From: Gammaproteobacteria bacterium
GTDB lineage: Bacteria; Pseudomonadota; Gammaproteobacteria; UBA6186; Azoamicaceae
Assembly (NCBI GenBank): GCA_018061325.1
Contig: JAGOUJ010000001.1
Coordinates: 654 to 64,653 of the forward strand
DNA: 64,000 nucleotides
Reading direction: 5' to 3'
The notes under the pieces are model-generated. The model saw nothing but the letters and a program-made list of their open reading frames with translations, searched no databases and had not been told where the DNA came from. A program made the translations under genes and the position numbers. This document shows positions 50,808 to 60,045 of this stretch, piece by piece. Each line of letters opens with the position of its first letter. Position 1 is the first letter of the stretch.

Positions 50808-50936
50808 ACACGCATCTCCCACTCTTTTTACTAGTTTATCAAACTAAAATACTTTTTGTAGTGTTTTTTATAGCAGGCTCTACAGTATACTGCTGCCTTT
50901 GGCTAGGATGAAATAGGACTTAAGGCGGATCCCCCT

Positions 50937-51830
50937 ATGGTAGATGGCAGTATTGTTGCACTGGTAACACCCATGACCCCGACAGGGGCCGTGGATTATG
51001 CAAGCCTAGGATCTCTGGTGGATTGTCATTTGCAAGCACAGACCCAGGCTTTGGTTATCAATGGCAGTACAGCCGAAGCCATTACCCTGAGTGATGAGGA
51101 ACGTCATCGTATCCTTGCAACCGTGATAACACGGGTTGCTAAACGTATCCCCGTGATTGCAGGTACAGGGGCTGCCTCTACCGATGAAACCATCGAAAGA
51201 ACCCAAAAGGCTTTAGCTTTGGGCGCAGATGCAGCACTGATTGTAACGCCCTATTATAATCGGCCAACCCAAGAGGGTTTGTATCAGCATTATAAGGCCG
51301 TTGCAGAGGCTGTACCCACTTTACCCATTATTTTGTATACCGTGCCATCTCGTACAGGGGTTGATTTCTCTATCGATACTTTAGAACGTTTATCCTTGGT
51401 TCCCACTATTATTGGACTCAAAGATGCTACGGCGGATCTGGTTAAACAACGTGAAATCTTAGCACGCTGTGGTAAGTCGTTCACTTTGTATTCTGGGGAT
51501 GATGCCAGTGCCTTGGCCTTTATCATGCAGGGTGGGCGAGGGGTGATTTCGATTACAGCCAATGTGGCACCTGAAGCCATGCAACACATGGTGAAGGCTG
51601 CTCTATTGGGGCAAGTTGCAGAGGCGGGCGAATTAAATACCCGTTTAATGCCCTTACATAAGGCTATGTGCTTTGAATCCAATCCCATTCCTGTGAAATG
51701 GGCTTTACACAAGCAGGGTTTGATCCAAAATAGGGTTCGTTTGCCCTTAACCACCCTTTCAACATGCTATCATCAACCGATGATAGAGGCTATGCAGTTT
51801 GCAGGAGTTTTACCATGTTCCGTTTCCTAA
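50937..51830 (+). CDS. dapA: 4-hydroxy-tetrahydrodipicolinate synthase
   Basis: 297 aa. GSIVALVTPM, GTGA and Schiff-base region GLKDA motifs. Confidence 0.95.
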   Translation: MVDGSIVALVTPMTPTGAVDYASLGSLVDCHLQAQTQALVINGSTAEAITLSDEERHRILATVITRVAKRIPVIAGTGAASTDETIERTQKALALGADAALIVTPYYNRPTQEGLYQHYKAVAEAVPTLPIILYTVPSRTGVDFSIDTLERLSLVPTIIGLKDATADLVKQREILARCGKSFTLYSGDDASALAFIMQGGRGVISITANVAPEAMQHMVKAALLGQVAEAGELNTRLMPLHKAMCFESNPIPVKWALHKQGLIQNRVRLPLTTLSTCYHQPMIEAMQFAGVLPCSVS

Positions 51831-52033
51831 TGTTTCGTTTAGGCTTAGTATTCCTCAGTAGCCTTTTATTAGGTACACTGTGCGCTTGTAGTAAAAAAGA
51901 TAAGGCTCAAGAGGGTTGGTTTCGGGATCGCTCAGGTGATTATGTGAAGCATGTAGAAGAATGTCCTGTGCTTAAAGTCCCAGAGCCAGCCAAAACAGAA
52001 TCTTTTAGCGAGGACTACCAGATCCCCGAGTGA
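51815..52033 (+). CDS. bamC: Short lipoprotein resembling only the N-terminal segment of BamC (NlpB)
   Basis: 72 aa. AGGAG SD. Lipobox LCAC. The mature sequence carries R..SGDY...L.VP...DYQIP, like the BamC N-terminus. Sits in the bamC position after dapA. Confidence 0.5.
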   Translation: MFRFLMFRLGLVFLSSLLLGTLCACSKKDKAQEGWFRDRSGDYVKHVEECPVLKVPEPAKTESFSEDYQIPE

Positions 52034-52041
52034 AAATATTT

Positions 52042-52132
<91 letters not shown>

Positions 52133-52273
52133 ATTTAAGATCCCGCCTTGTTCTAGCACATCCAAAGACTTCCTAAAAACACTTTAAAATCAACAACATA
52201 TGAATTATTTCTTATCTTAAGAAGGTTAGCTTAGACTCTTTACATCCATTGGACAGCGAATCATCAAAGACTT

Positions 52274-53098
52274 GTGATGCGCAGGCTAGAAAATTATATT
52301 TTTCCTTTGTTAAGTACTTGTGCTATGCGCGAGATTGCAGCGCCACAATTATTAGAGGCACTGCGTCGTATCGAATACAAAGGCGCTTTAGAAACGGCAC
52401 ATAGGGTGCATCAAATTTGTGGGCAAATTTTTCGCTATGCGGTTGCTACAGGTAGAGCCGATCGCGATATCACCGTCGATTTAAAAGGCGCACTCTCGCC
52501 TGTTAGGGTAAAACATTATGCCTCTATTATAGAACCTAAAAAAACAGGTGAGCTTCTTCGGGCGATCCATGGCTATGATGGTTTTTTTGTTACCCAATGT
52601 GCTTTACGCCTAGCACCTTTGGTATTTGTGCGTCCTGGCGAATTACGAAAAGCAGAGTGTTCGGAAATAGATTTGAATAAAGCAGAGTGGTGTATTCCTG
52701 CTGAGAAAATGAAAACACGCCAACCCCATGTTGTACCTCTATCCACGCAAGCCTTAGCTATTTTAAAAGAACTACACCCCTTAACGGGCACAGGAAAATA
52801 CTTATTTCCAGGCCTATTAAGCAATAAACGTCCCATGTCTGATAATACCATCAATGCGGCTCTAAAACGATTGGGCTATGAATCAAGCGAAATCACGGGG
52901 CATGGTTTTAGAGCCATGGCGCGAACCCTGTTGGATGAGATCTTAGGCTTTCGTCCTGATATTATTGAGCATCAGTTGGCACACACGGTTAAAGATCCTT
53001 TAGGCCGTGCTTATAATCGAACCTCGCATTTAGATTTAAGGCGCGATATGATGCAGAAGTGGGCTGATTATTTGGATACATTAAAGAGTGTGTTGTAA
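52274..53098 (+). pseudogene. int: P4-type tyrosine integrase lacking its N-terminal ~125 aa
   Basis: Catalytic domain is intact (RPGELRKAE, HGFRAMARTLL, AYNRTSH). Only about 140 nt separate it from tRNA-Ser, and an in-frame stop lies at 52232, so the arm-binding domain is missing. Confidence 0.8.
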
Positions 53099-53200
53099 AA
53101 ACAGTACGAGATGATTGCAATGCGGTCACTTACAAGGAAGTGGGAATGATTGATTTAAAAAAAGAACCTCAAATGGAGATGACCTAATAGAAAGGCTATA

Positions 53201-53566
53201 ATGAGCTGGGTTAAAGGAGGTGATGTTTTACGTAAGATCATCAGCACTCTTGTTGATTTTAATGATTGGATTAAGATTTCGCTTTGGTCCTTAGAAGAGA
53301 GTATTGCCTTATTACTTGGTAGAAATCCAGAAGTTGTCAAATGGAATGAGTTACATGAATGTATACACCGAAACGCTTTGAGCTTTGATGAAGATGATAT
53401 ATTTTGTTCCGATTACTTGAAGTTGAGAGATCTTGTATTAGAAGGATTAGATAATCAAGAAATTGGTGAATTCAATACGCCCTCTTATTTTATTCAATGG
53501 GCGACCAATAAAGGCGTTGAAATCCCAGAACCCCTGCAAATTATTCTCACTGAAAAAGGACTATGA
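53201..53566 (+). CDS. Hypothetical island protein (possibly frameshifted at its 3' end)
   Basis: 121-aa ORF. A coiled-coil-like continuation is open in another frame to 53678, past the GAAAAAGG run at about 53555. Confidence 0.4.
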   Translation: MSWVKGGDVLRKIISTLVDFNDWIKISLWSLEESIALLLGRNPEVVKWNELHECIHRNALSFDEDDIFCSDYLKLRDLVLEGLDNQEIGEFNTPSYFIQWATNKGVEIPEPLQIILTEKGL

Positions 53567-53778
53567 TTCTTTAAAACTGATACAAACGGTGGCAAAAGAA
53601 AAGAATGTTATCAAAGGTCAAATTGGTTTTTTACAGCAACGCATTTTGGAGATGGAATGTGTATTAAAACGTTTGTAAGCGATCCGGGAAACTTTCAATT
53701 ACCCACAACTTTTGTTAAAATTTTCAATCAGAACAATCACTTATAAATTTTTTAAAGGAATCATGGAGTGATTAGAAG

Positions 53779-54864
53779 TTGAAGACGACGGCAAGTTTTA
53801 AAGATAAAAGTCATTTTGATAATAATGCATGGTCAGATACAGAAATTGAACAAAGTACATTTAAAGATGAAAGGTTTCACAAGCGATTTAAGAGTTTACT
53901 CGGTCAAATGTGGACTGGAATTGGTGAAAGTATTCCCTTTGCTTGCCAAGATTGGACAAACACCAAGGCGGCCTATCGCTTTTTAAGTAATAATCGAGTT
54001 AGTGAACAAGAAATAATGCAAGGTCATTTTCGATCAAGCCAAGATCGTTTTTCAAAAACAAAAGGGCCAGTGCTGATTTTGCAGGATACGACAGAGTTTT
54101 CCTATGAACGTGACAAACCAGAAAAAATAGGCTCAACCCGAATTATCCAACATAGCTCTTTTGGGCAAGTACAGCGCCACACCCTATGCGGTATGTTAAT
54201 GCATTCAAGTCTTGCGGTGACCACAGAGGGATTGCCCCTTGGGCTTGCTGCGATAAAATTTTGGACTCGAAAAAAATTTAAAGGTTGTAATGCGCTTAAA
54301 AAAGATGTGAATCCAACACGAATTCCTATTGAACAAAAAGAAAGTGTACGTTGGTTAGAAAATATGAAACAATCTACAATTCTTTTTAATGATCCAAGTC
54401 GATGTATTCATGTGGGCGATCGAGAAAGTGATATTTTCGAACTTTTTTGTTTGGGTGAAAAACTTAAAACCAATTTTCTTGTGCGAACATGTGTTGATCG
54501 TCTTGCTGGAGATGGTGGGCATACTATTGCTGATGAAATGAAAGAGGTTAAAGTCAAGGGCTATCATCGCATTGAAGTAAGAGATAAAAAAGGTAACGTA
54601 TCTGAAGCCATTTTAGAGCTTAAATATAGTCGTATTAAAGTTTTACCGCCTATTGGAAAACAAAAGCAATATCCTGAATTATGGTTGACTATTATTCACG
54701 CAAAAGAGCGTAAAAAACCCAAAAAAAGGGAGTAAATTATTTGGAAACTGATTACCAATTTGTCTGTCACATCACGTCGAGAAGCCATTGAAAAACTTAA
54801 CTGGTATGCGATGCGTTGGAAAATAGAAACTTTTCATAAAATTCTGAAGTCTGGCTGTCGGTAG
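53779..54864 (+). pseudogene. IS4-family (Tn5-like) transposase gene, disrupted
   Basis: LQDTTEF and VGDRESDIFE (DDE Asp residues) and YAMRWKIETFHKILKSG motifs are present. In-frame TAA at 54733-54735. The 3' part is cut off at about 54865 by the IS3-family element. Confidence 0.8.
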
Positions 54865-54908
54865 CTTTCAGGATAGTTGTCGCGTGATGCAGATAAAAAA
54901 TAAAACAA

Positions 54909-55973
54909 CTATTTTTTTGCTGCCTCTTTTTTTGAATGTTTTGGATTTAAAAAGACCTTGCCTGCAACCGACCAGTTGCGTATTTTTTTGGACCAGCGGT
55001 TTGGGTTTTTTTGTCGTGCAATCTCGTATAAACGCGATCTTTTTTCTAAAACGATGCTATCTACTCCTTTATGACGGATGTTTGGTGTTACAAAATTAAT
55101 ACCGCTGTGCTGATGAACATGGTTGTACCAAAGAACAAATTTTACGACCCAGGCATACGCTTCTTCCAGAGAAGCAAATGGCTTTTTGGGATAAAATGGG
55201 CAGTATTTGACAGTCTTAAAGTTTGATTCCGAGAAAGGGTTGTCGTTACTGACAGAAGGTCGGCTAAAAGAAGGCATAATTCCTAGATTCTGAAGGGTCA
55301 GAAGCATTGTAGAGCCCTTCATGGGGCCGCCATTGTCTGAGTGCAGACTCACCTCTCCTGCTCTTATATTTTCAGCAACATAGGCCCTAGAGACAACCTC
55401 AGCCGCATACTCAGCCGATTCTTGCTCGAACACATCAAACCCAAAAATTTTTCGGCTAAAAATATCTAAGAAAAAATAGAGATAAAAGAATTTTCCTCGA
55501 ATGGGACCTGGTAAATAGCTGATATCCCATGACCAAACCTGATTAGGTTTTAAAGCTACTAACTCAGCAGGTTTTTTATGTGTTCTTTCGCGTGATCCAC
55601 CGCGGTGGGTTAATTGATTTTCTTGTTTTAGAATTCTATAAAAAGAGGATTCTCAACCAATATACACGGATTGATCGGCCAATGTTGGCACAATTTGCGA
55701 AGGAGGCTGATTACAGTATTCTGGGGAATTAGCAACCTCTAAAATACGTGCACGCTCAATCACACTTAATTTATTAGCGGGTGCGCTATTAGGACCCTGG
55801 CGTTTGTCCGCGTGGCTTTCTTCCTTTTTCCACCTTTGTAGGGTCCTAATATCGATTCCTAGCACCTCACAAGCCTCTTGTGCTCTGCATCCGACCTCAC
55901 ATGCCTCCTGGATTAAAGCAATGGCCTGTGCCTTATCCTGGGCCCCAATCAATCGTCCTCGTTGTCCCCCCAA
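54909..55973 (-). pseudogene. IS3-family transposase OrfB (rve integrase core) with an in-frame TGA
   Basis: DDE/rve motifs are present (WSWDISYL, HSDNGGPM, NPFSES). A single in-frame TGA at 55653-55655 splits the frame. Confidence 0.8.
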
Positions 55974-56464
55974 ATTAAGCTCGCTTTTTTTTTCAAAAGA
56001 AGTAGCGCCGAAGCTTCTATCAAGGCTTTCTCTTTGCGATTCAACTCATGCTTTAATTGCTTATTTTCCGCCGAAAGTTGACGAACCTCTATTCGTTGTT
56101 CTTTGTCGGTGGTGTCTTTTTCCTTGCTGAATAAGGCTAAAACCTGTTTTTTCCAGTCATCCAGATCATGGGTGTAAAGACCATGTTTTCGACAGTACGC
56201 GCCTCGTTCTTCCTCCTTCATCTGAAAAGTATCGAACACCGCCCTGAACTTAGCTTCTGCATTCCCATGGTCTTGTGGTTTTTTAGAAACAGTTTCCGAT
56301 TTTATTAAGTGCTTTTTTTTAGCCATATAGATCCATGTGTTTAAAGTAGCATAAGGGATACCCGCTTTCCTCGCCAATTCTACAGGACGCGGCGCATGAG
56401 TGGAAAATACTTTGGCCAATAATCGTTCTTTAAACTCGGCAGAACAGTGTGTACATTTTCGCAT
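55949..56464 (-). CDS. IS3-family transposase OrfA (HTH)
   Basis: 171 aa from MRKCTHCSAEF. Leucine-zipper-like C-terminus, ending just past the A9 run. Confidence 0.75.
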   Translation of the reverse strand: MRKCTHCSAEFKERLLAKVFSTHAPRPVELARKAGIPYATLNTWIYMAKKKHLIKSETVSKKPQDHGNAEAKFRAVFDTFQMKEEERGAYCRKHGLYTHDLDDWKKQVLALFSKEKDTTDKEQRIEVRQLSAENKQLKHELNRKEKALIEASALLLLKKKASLIWGDNEDD

Positions 56465-56490
56465 AAGGGACTCCACGCCCCTCATAAAAG

Positions 56491-57021
56491 TTAGTTTACT
56501 TCAGAGGCGACAACTTTCCTGACGCACGGGGCAGAGGTCTTCATGCCAATATAAATATCTAGAACCGTGTTCTTTGGATCTTTGGCACGTTCATCATACA
56601 GCTCAAAATCAGTTTCATAACTTCTTGTGCCACCTAAGGTTTCTGGGGGTATGGTCCATATTTTTTGCCACAGATTAATACATACATCAGGCATAGGGCC
56701 CGGATTGCTGGTAAAGGTTGTGTACTGTTGTGCGGGTATAGTTAATGTGCTAAAGCCTTCTGGCAGATCATCAAAAGAGGAAACCTCTTCACCCATAAAA
56801 AAAGTATAATCACCCGATAAATCACTTTCATAATCCGTATAACAGCAGTAAGTGGTACCTGGTTTTTTACGATAGATCATTTTTTCTGATAAGGCATTCT
56901 GAAAGTATTTTTGAACAGTTTCACCAATTTTTGAAGTGGCAGGGTTCATTTCAGATGCAGTATTGGTTCTGGTTTTAATGCCTACAACTTTTATGGTTGG
57001 CAATTGTGTGGTTTGCTGCAT
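56491..57021 (-). CDS. GyrI-like small-molecule-binding domain protein
   Basis: 176 aa. Resembles the GyrI/SbmC/AraC effector-binding fold. The last ~10 codons (56491-56522) are supplied by the IS3 end. Confidence 0.65.
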   Translation of the reverse strand: MQQTTQLPTIKVVGIKTRTNTASEMNPATSKIGETVQKYFQNALSEKMIYRKKPGTTYCCYTDYESDLSGDYTFFMGEEVSSFDDLPEGFSTLTIPAQQYTTFTSNPGPMPDVCINLWQKIWTIPPETLGGTRSYETDFELYDERAKDPKNTVLDIYIGMKTSAPCVRKVVASEVN

Positions 57022-57159
57022 AGGTATTGCTTCATGATGTATTTTAATGAATTTTTTATGTTAGCATAAAAAAAGAGGTCAAGGCTACTGTGGTTGATGG
57101 CAGCATTTTACTTTCGGTTGGCGCCCGACCGCTGATAAATGGGAGAGTAATAGAGCATT

Positions 57160-57480
57160 ATGAACAAACAACAACTATCCATTGTCTATACAACGATTGC
57201 AACCTTACAAGAAGCAGAAACATTAGCTGAACAAGCAGTGATAGGACAATATGCAGCCTGTGTGAATATTATTCCAAGTGCCATCTCAGTATACGAATGG
57301 GAAGGGAAGCTTGAAAAAAGCCAAGAGTGTCTGTTGCTTTTTAAAACAACCATGACTAAAACTGAAGAACTCAAGCAATGGATTTTAGCGCAGAATCCTT
57401 ATTCGATACCAGCCATCCTAAGCAGTACTATAGAGACATCCTCCGATTTTTATACTTATGTGAGCTCAAAAATCTTGTGA
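57160..57480 (+). CDS. cutA: Divalent-cation tolerance protein CutA
   Basis: 106 aa. YTTIATLQEAETLAEQAV..AACVNIIP..SVYEWEGK motif. Confidence 0.85.
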   Translation: MNKQQLSIVYTTIATLQEAETLAEQAVIGQYAACVNIIPSAISVYEWEGKLEKSQECLLLFKTTMTKTEELKQWILAQNPYSIPAILSSTIETSSDFYTYVSSKIL

Positions 57481-57532
57481 TACCATAGTCCAGTCTTATC
57501 TTGATGAAAGCCTAAGTTTAAAGGAGAATCCC

Positions 57533-57775
57533 ATGGTTCCAATTAATTGGTCAGCCGAAATCTTTGATACTCTAGTAAGCTTGGCAGGTAAATATGGCCG
57601 ATGGCTCAGTGCACGTGGAAAAAGATTTTGTTTTGTTGTATGGTCACTTTGTACACTGTATTGGGCGGTGAGGGATTTTAAGTTGGGTTTATACTCACAG
57701 GCCTTTTTCTGTTTATTTTCGGTCGCGCTCAATATTTACGGTTATTCAAATTGGAAAAAAAAGGGTATTGGTTAA
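57533..57775 (+). CDS. 80-aa three-TM membrane protein resembling one PnuC repeat unit
   Basis: ARGKRFCFVVWSLCTLYWAVRDFKLGLYSQAFFCLFSVALNIYGYSNW resembles the E. coli PnuC repeat, as recalled (..NYFFGLINV..QIQLYASLLLQVFFFAANIYGWYAW). Convergent with nudC, 11 nt apart. Confidence 0.45.
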   Translation: MVPINWSAEIFDTLVSLAGKYGRWLSARGKRFCFVVWSLCTLYWAVRDFKLGLYSQAFFCLFSVALNIYGYSNWKKKGIG

Positions 57776-57786
57776 AAAAAGTCTTT

Positions 57787-58629
57787 TTAAGCGCGTAGAA
57801 TAAAGCTATCGATTAATGCTCTAGCAATGCTTGCATGCGATGGGAGCTTTGGTAAATGGTGAAGGCTAAACCATTGTGCATCTTCTATCTCTTCAGGATC
57901 AATTTTTAGATCTCCGCTCAAATAGTTTGCTGTAAAGGCGATCATAAAACTATCGGGGAAGGGCCAGGGTTGGGTTCCAAAGTATTTTAAATCTGATATT
58001 TCCAAACCTACTTCTTCCTGTACCTCTCTGTGGACAGCCTCTTCGGCAGTCTCTCCTAGATCAATAAAGCCCGCAAGCGCACTATACATACCGGTTTCAA
58101 AATGCCGCGATCGGGCGAGTAAAATATCATGATCTCGCTGAATTAATACCATAATGGCGGGAGAAAAGTGTGGAAAAAAAGAAAGATGACAGGCCACACA
58201 TTTTTTTTCAGTTTTGTTCAATATCTTTTGAATTTTTGCACCACATTGGCTGCAATACTGAAGCTTGGTATCCCAGTTTAAGCAATGGATGGCACGTAGT
58301 ATGAGTGGTTGAATCGGTTTCTGATAGCTTTGATATAAAAAATCTTTTGCAGAGTGTATCAGAAATCCCTGTTTGCGTATTTGTTCTGCTGTTAAAGTGT
58401 TGTAGCACTTTACAACCAGGGTGCTATTGTCTAAATAGGCCGAGTGCAGCCCCAATCCCAATTGTTTAACGGTGCTCGCAAAAGGTACTAGGGGGGAGGA
58501 TGTCTCTGCATCCACCACGATACCTTCATCGGCAAACAACACAGCAGAGTAGTTCGCATACTGTTCTAAAAGGCATATTTCAAGTGCTTGCATAATGTTC
58601 AGTGTTGCATGGTAGGGCATTTTTTGCAA
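57787..58629 (-). CDS. nudC: NAD(H) pyrophosphatase NudC
   Basis: 280 aa. Zinc ribbon CSQCGA...CVAC. Nudix box GFIDLGETAEEAVHREVQEEVG. NudC-type SQPWPFP-like QPWPFPDS motif. Confidence 0.88.
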   Translation of the reverse strand: MQKMPYHATLNIMQALEICLLEQYANYSAVLFADEGIVVDAETSSPLVPFASTVKQLGLGLHSAYLDNSTLVVKCYNTLTAEQIRKQGFLIHSAKDFLYQSYQKPIQPLILRAIHCLNWDTKLQYCSQCGAKIQKILNKTEKKCVACHLSFFPHFSPAIMVLIQRDHDILLARSRHFETGMYSALAGFIDLGETAEEAVHREVQEEVGLEISDLKYFGTQPWPFPDSFMIAFTANYLSGDLKIDPEEIEDAQWFSLHHLPKLPSHASIARALIDSFILRA

Positions 58630-58756
58630 TTGGAAAGTTTACTATCTAAATATGGACTTTTATCGCTGCATAGCTGGGCCTAATGCTTTCAATAGCCTAA
58701 GCTAATAACGTATGATTGCTCCAATATTCCACCCTGGATGCTCTTAGGATTTTCGA

Positions 58757-59515
58757 ATGCCAACCCTCAGTGTTATCATTATTACGAAAAACGAGGCAGA
58801 TCGTATTGAGCGCTGTTTAGAATCCGTGGCTTGGGCCGATGAAATCATTGTTTTAGATTCCGGTAGTACGGATGGTACAGCCGATCTGTGCCGTCACTAT
58901 TCCCCCAAAGTAAAAGTCTGGGAAACAGATTGGCCTGGATATGGGGTTCAGAAGCAGCGTGCTTTAGAAAAAGCGACCAAGGATTGGGTCTTGTCTTTGG
59001 ATGCCGATGAGCAGGTTACACCAGCCTTAGGCGAAGAACTAAGGGCCTTGCTATTAGAGCCCTTAGATTCAACGACCTATAATGGTTTTCATATCAAGCG
59101 CTGTACAAAATATGGCGATCGTCTTTTGCGATTTGGTGCAGGATTTCGCGAATACCGTTTAGTTTTATTGAGGCGCGACAAAGGTCATGTGCTTCCTTTA
59201 GCGATCCATGAAAGAATAGAAGTACAGGGTCCAATAGGCCGTTTAAAAGGATTTATTCTGCATGAGTCTTTTCCAAACCTTCATGCCGTCTTAACCAAGA
59301 TGAACGATTATTCGACACTCAGCGCACAACAAAAAAAAGCCAAAGGGCAACAGGGTGGTTTGTTCAAAGCCATAAGGCATGGTTTATTTAGTTTTATCAA
59401 AACTTATTTTTTGAAATGGGGGTTTTTAGACGGCAAGGCTGGTTTTATCATGGCTGTGTCTACGGCGGAAGGTAGTTATTATCGTTACCTGAAGATGATG
59501 GAATCATCAATATGA
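58757..59515 (+). CDS. Family 2 glycosyltransferase (LPS-core KdtX/WaaE-like)
   Basis: LSVIIITKNEADRIERCLESV...IIVLDSGSTDGT and DADE motifs. Confidence 0.82.
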   Translation: MPTLSVIIITKNEADRIERCLESVAWADEIIVLDSGSTDGTADLCRHYSPKVKVWETDWPGYGVQKQRALEKATKDWVLSLDADEQVTPALGEELRALLLEPLDSTTYNGFHIKRCTKYGDRLLRFGAGFREYRLVLLRRDKGHVLPLAIHERIEVQGPIGRLKGFILHESFPNLHAVLTKMNDYSTLSAQQKKAKGQQGGLFKAIRHGLFSFIKTYFLKWGFLDGKAGFIMAVSTAEGSYYRYLKMMESSI

Positions 59516-59970
59516 ATAAAAACATACATGTTTTAAGCCGCGCGGTGATTTTGGATCACGATCATATTTTGCTTTGCAAAACCCTTGATCTGGCACAAAG
59601 TTTCTATTTTCTGCCCGGTGGTCATGTAGAGCATGGCGAAAGTGCAGAGTCTGCAGTGCTTCGCGAGCTTTTTGAGGAAAGTAGCGCATTATGCAGCATT
59701 AAACGATTCTTAGGTTGTTTGGAATATAGCTTTGAGCCAGGCCGCAATAGCATTTGTCATAATCATGAATATAATTTTATTTTTGAGGCTGTGTCTGATA
59801 CTTTGAAAATAGCTAACGATATACCACAGCTCGAAGATCATATTAAACTGGTATGGATACCAACGCTAAAGCTAAGCGACATCGATTTTAGGGCGGAACC
59901 TTTAAGATTACTTGTTCCAAAATGGTTGGCACGTTCTGAAGACTATGCCTTTCAAAGTGTCATGTTGTGA
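59512..59970 (+). CDS. Nudix hydrolase
   Basis: Nudix box GGHVEHGESAESAVLRELFEES. 4-nt overlap with the upstream GT2 gene. Confidence 0.85.
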   Translation: MNKNIHVLSRAVILDHDHILLCKTLDLAQSFYFLPGGHVEHGESAESAVLRELFEESSALCSIKRFLGCLEYSFEPGRNSICHNHEYNFIFEAVSDTLKIANDIPQLEDHIKLVWIPTLKLSDIDFRAEPLRLLVPKWLARSEDYAFQSVML

Positions 59971-60045
59971 AAAAATGCTGCAAGATCGCCTTGATTTTAG
60001 GCAGCGGTGGCATCTGAAATAATGTAAAAAGGGTTGTATTGTAAA

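Larger units (their letters stand above)
54868..56522 (-). mobile_element. IS3-family insertion sequence (~1.65 kb), transposase inactivated
   Basis: Terminal inverted repeats TCAGGATAGTTGTCGC (54868-54883) and GCGACAACTTTCCTGA (56507-56522) match at 15/16. orfA and orfB are present with an A9 slippery run at 55985-55993. Confidence 0.8.

Noticed and set aside
51290-51754. 154-aa ORF antisense to dapA
   Set aside because: Lies entirely within the conserved dapA gene. This is a shadow ORF.
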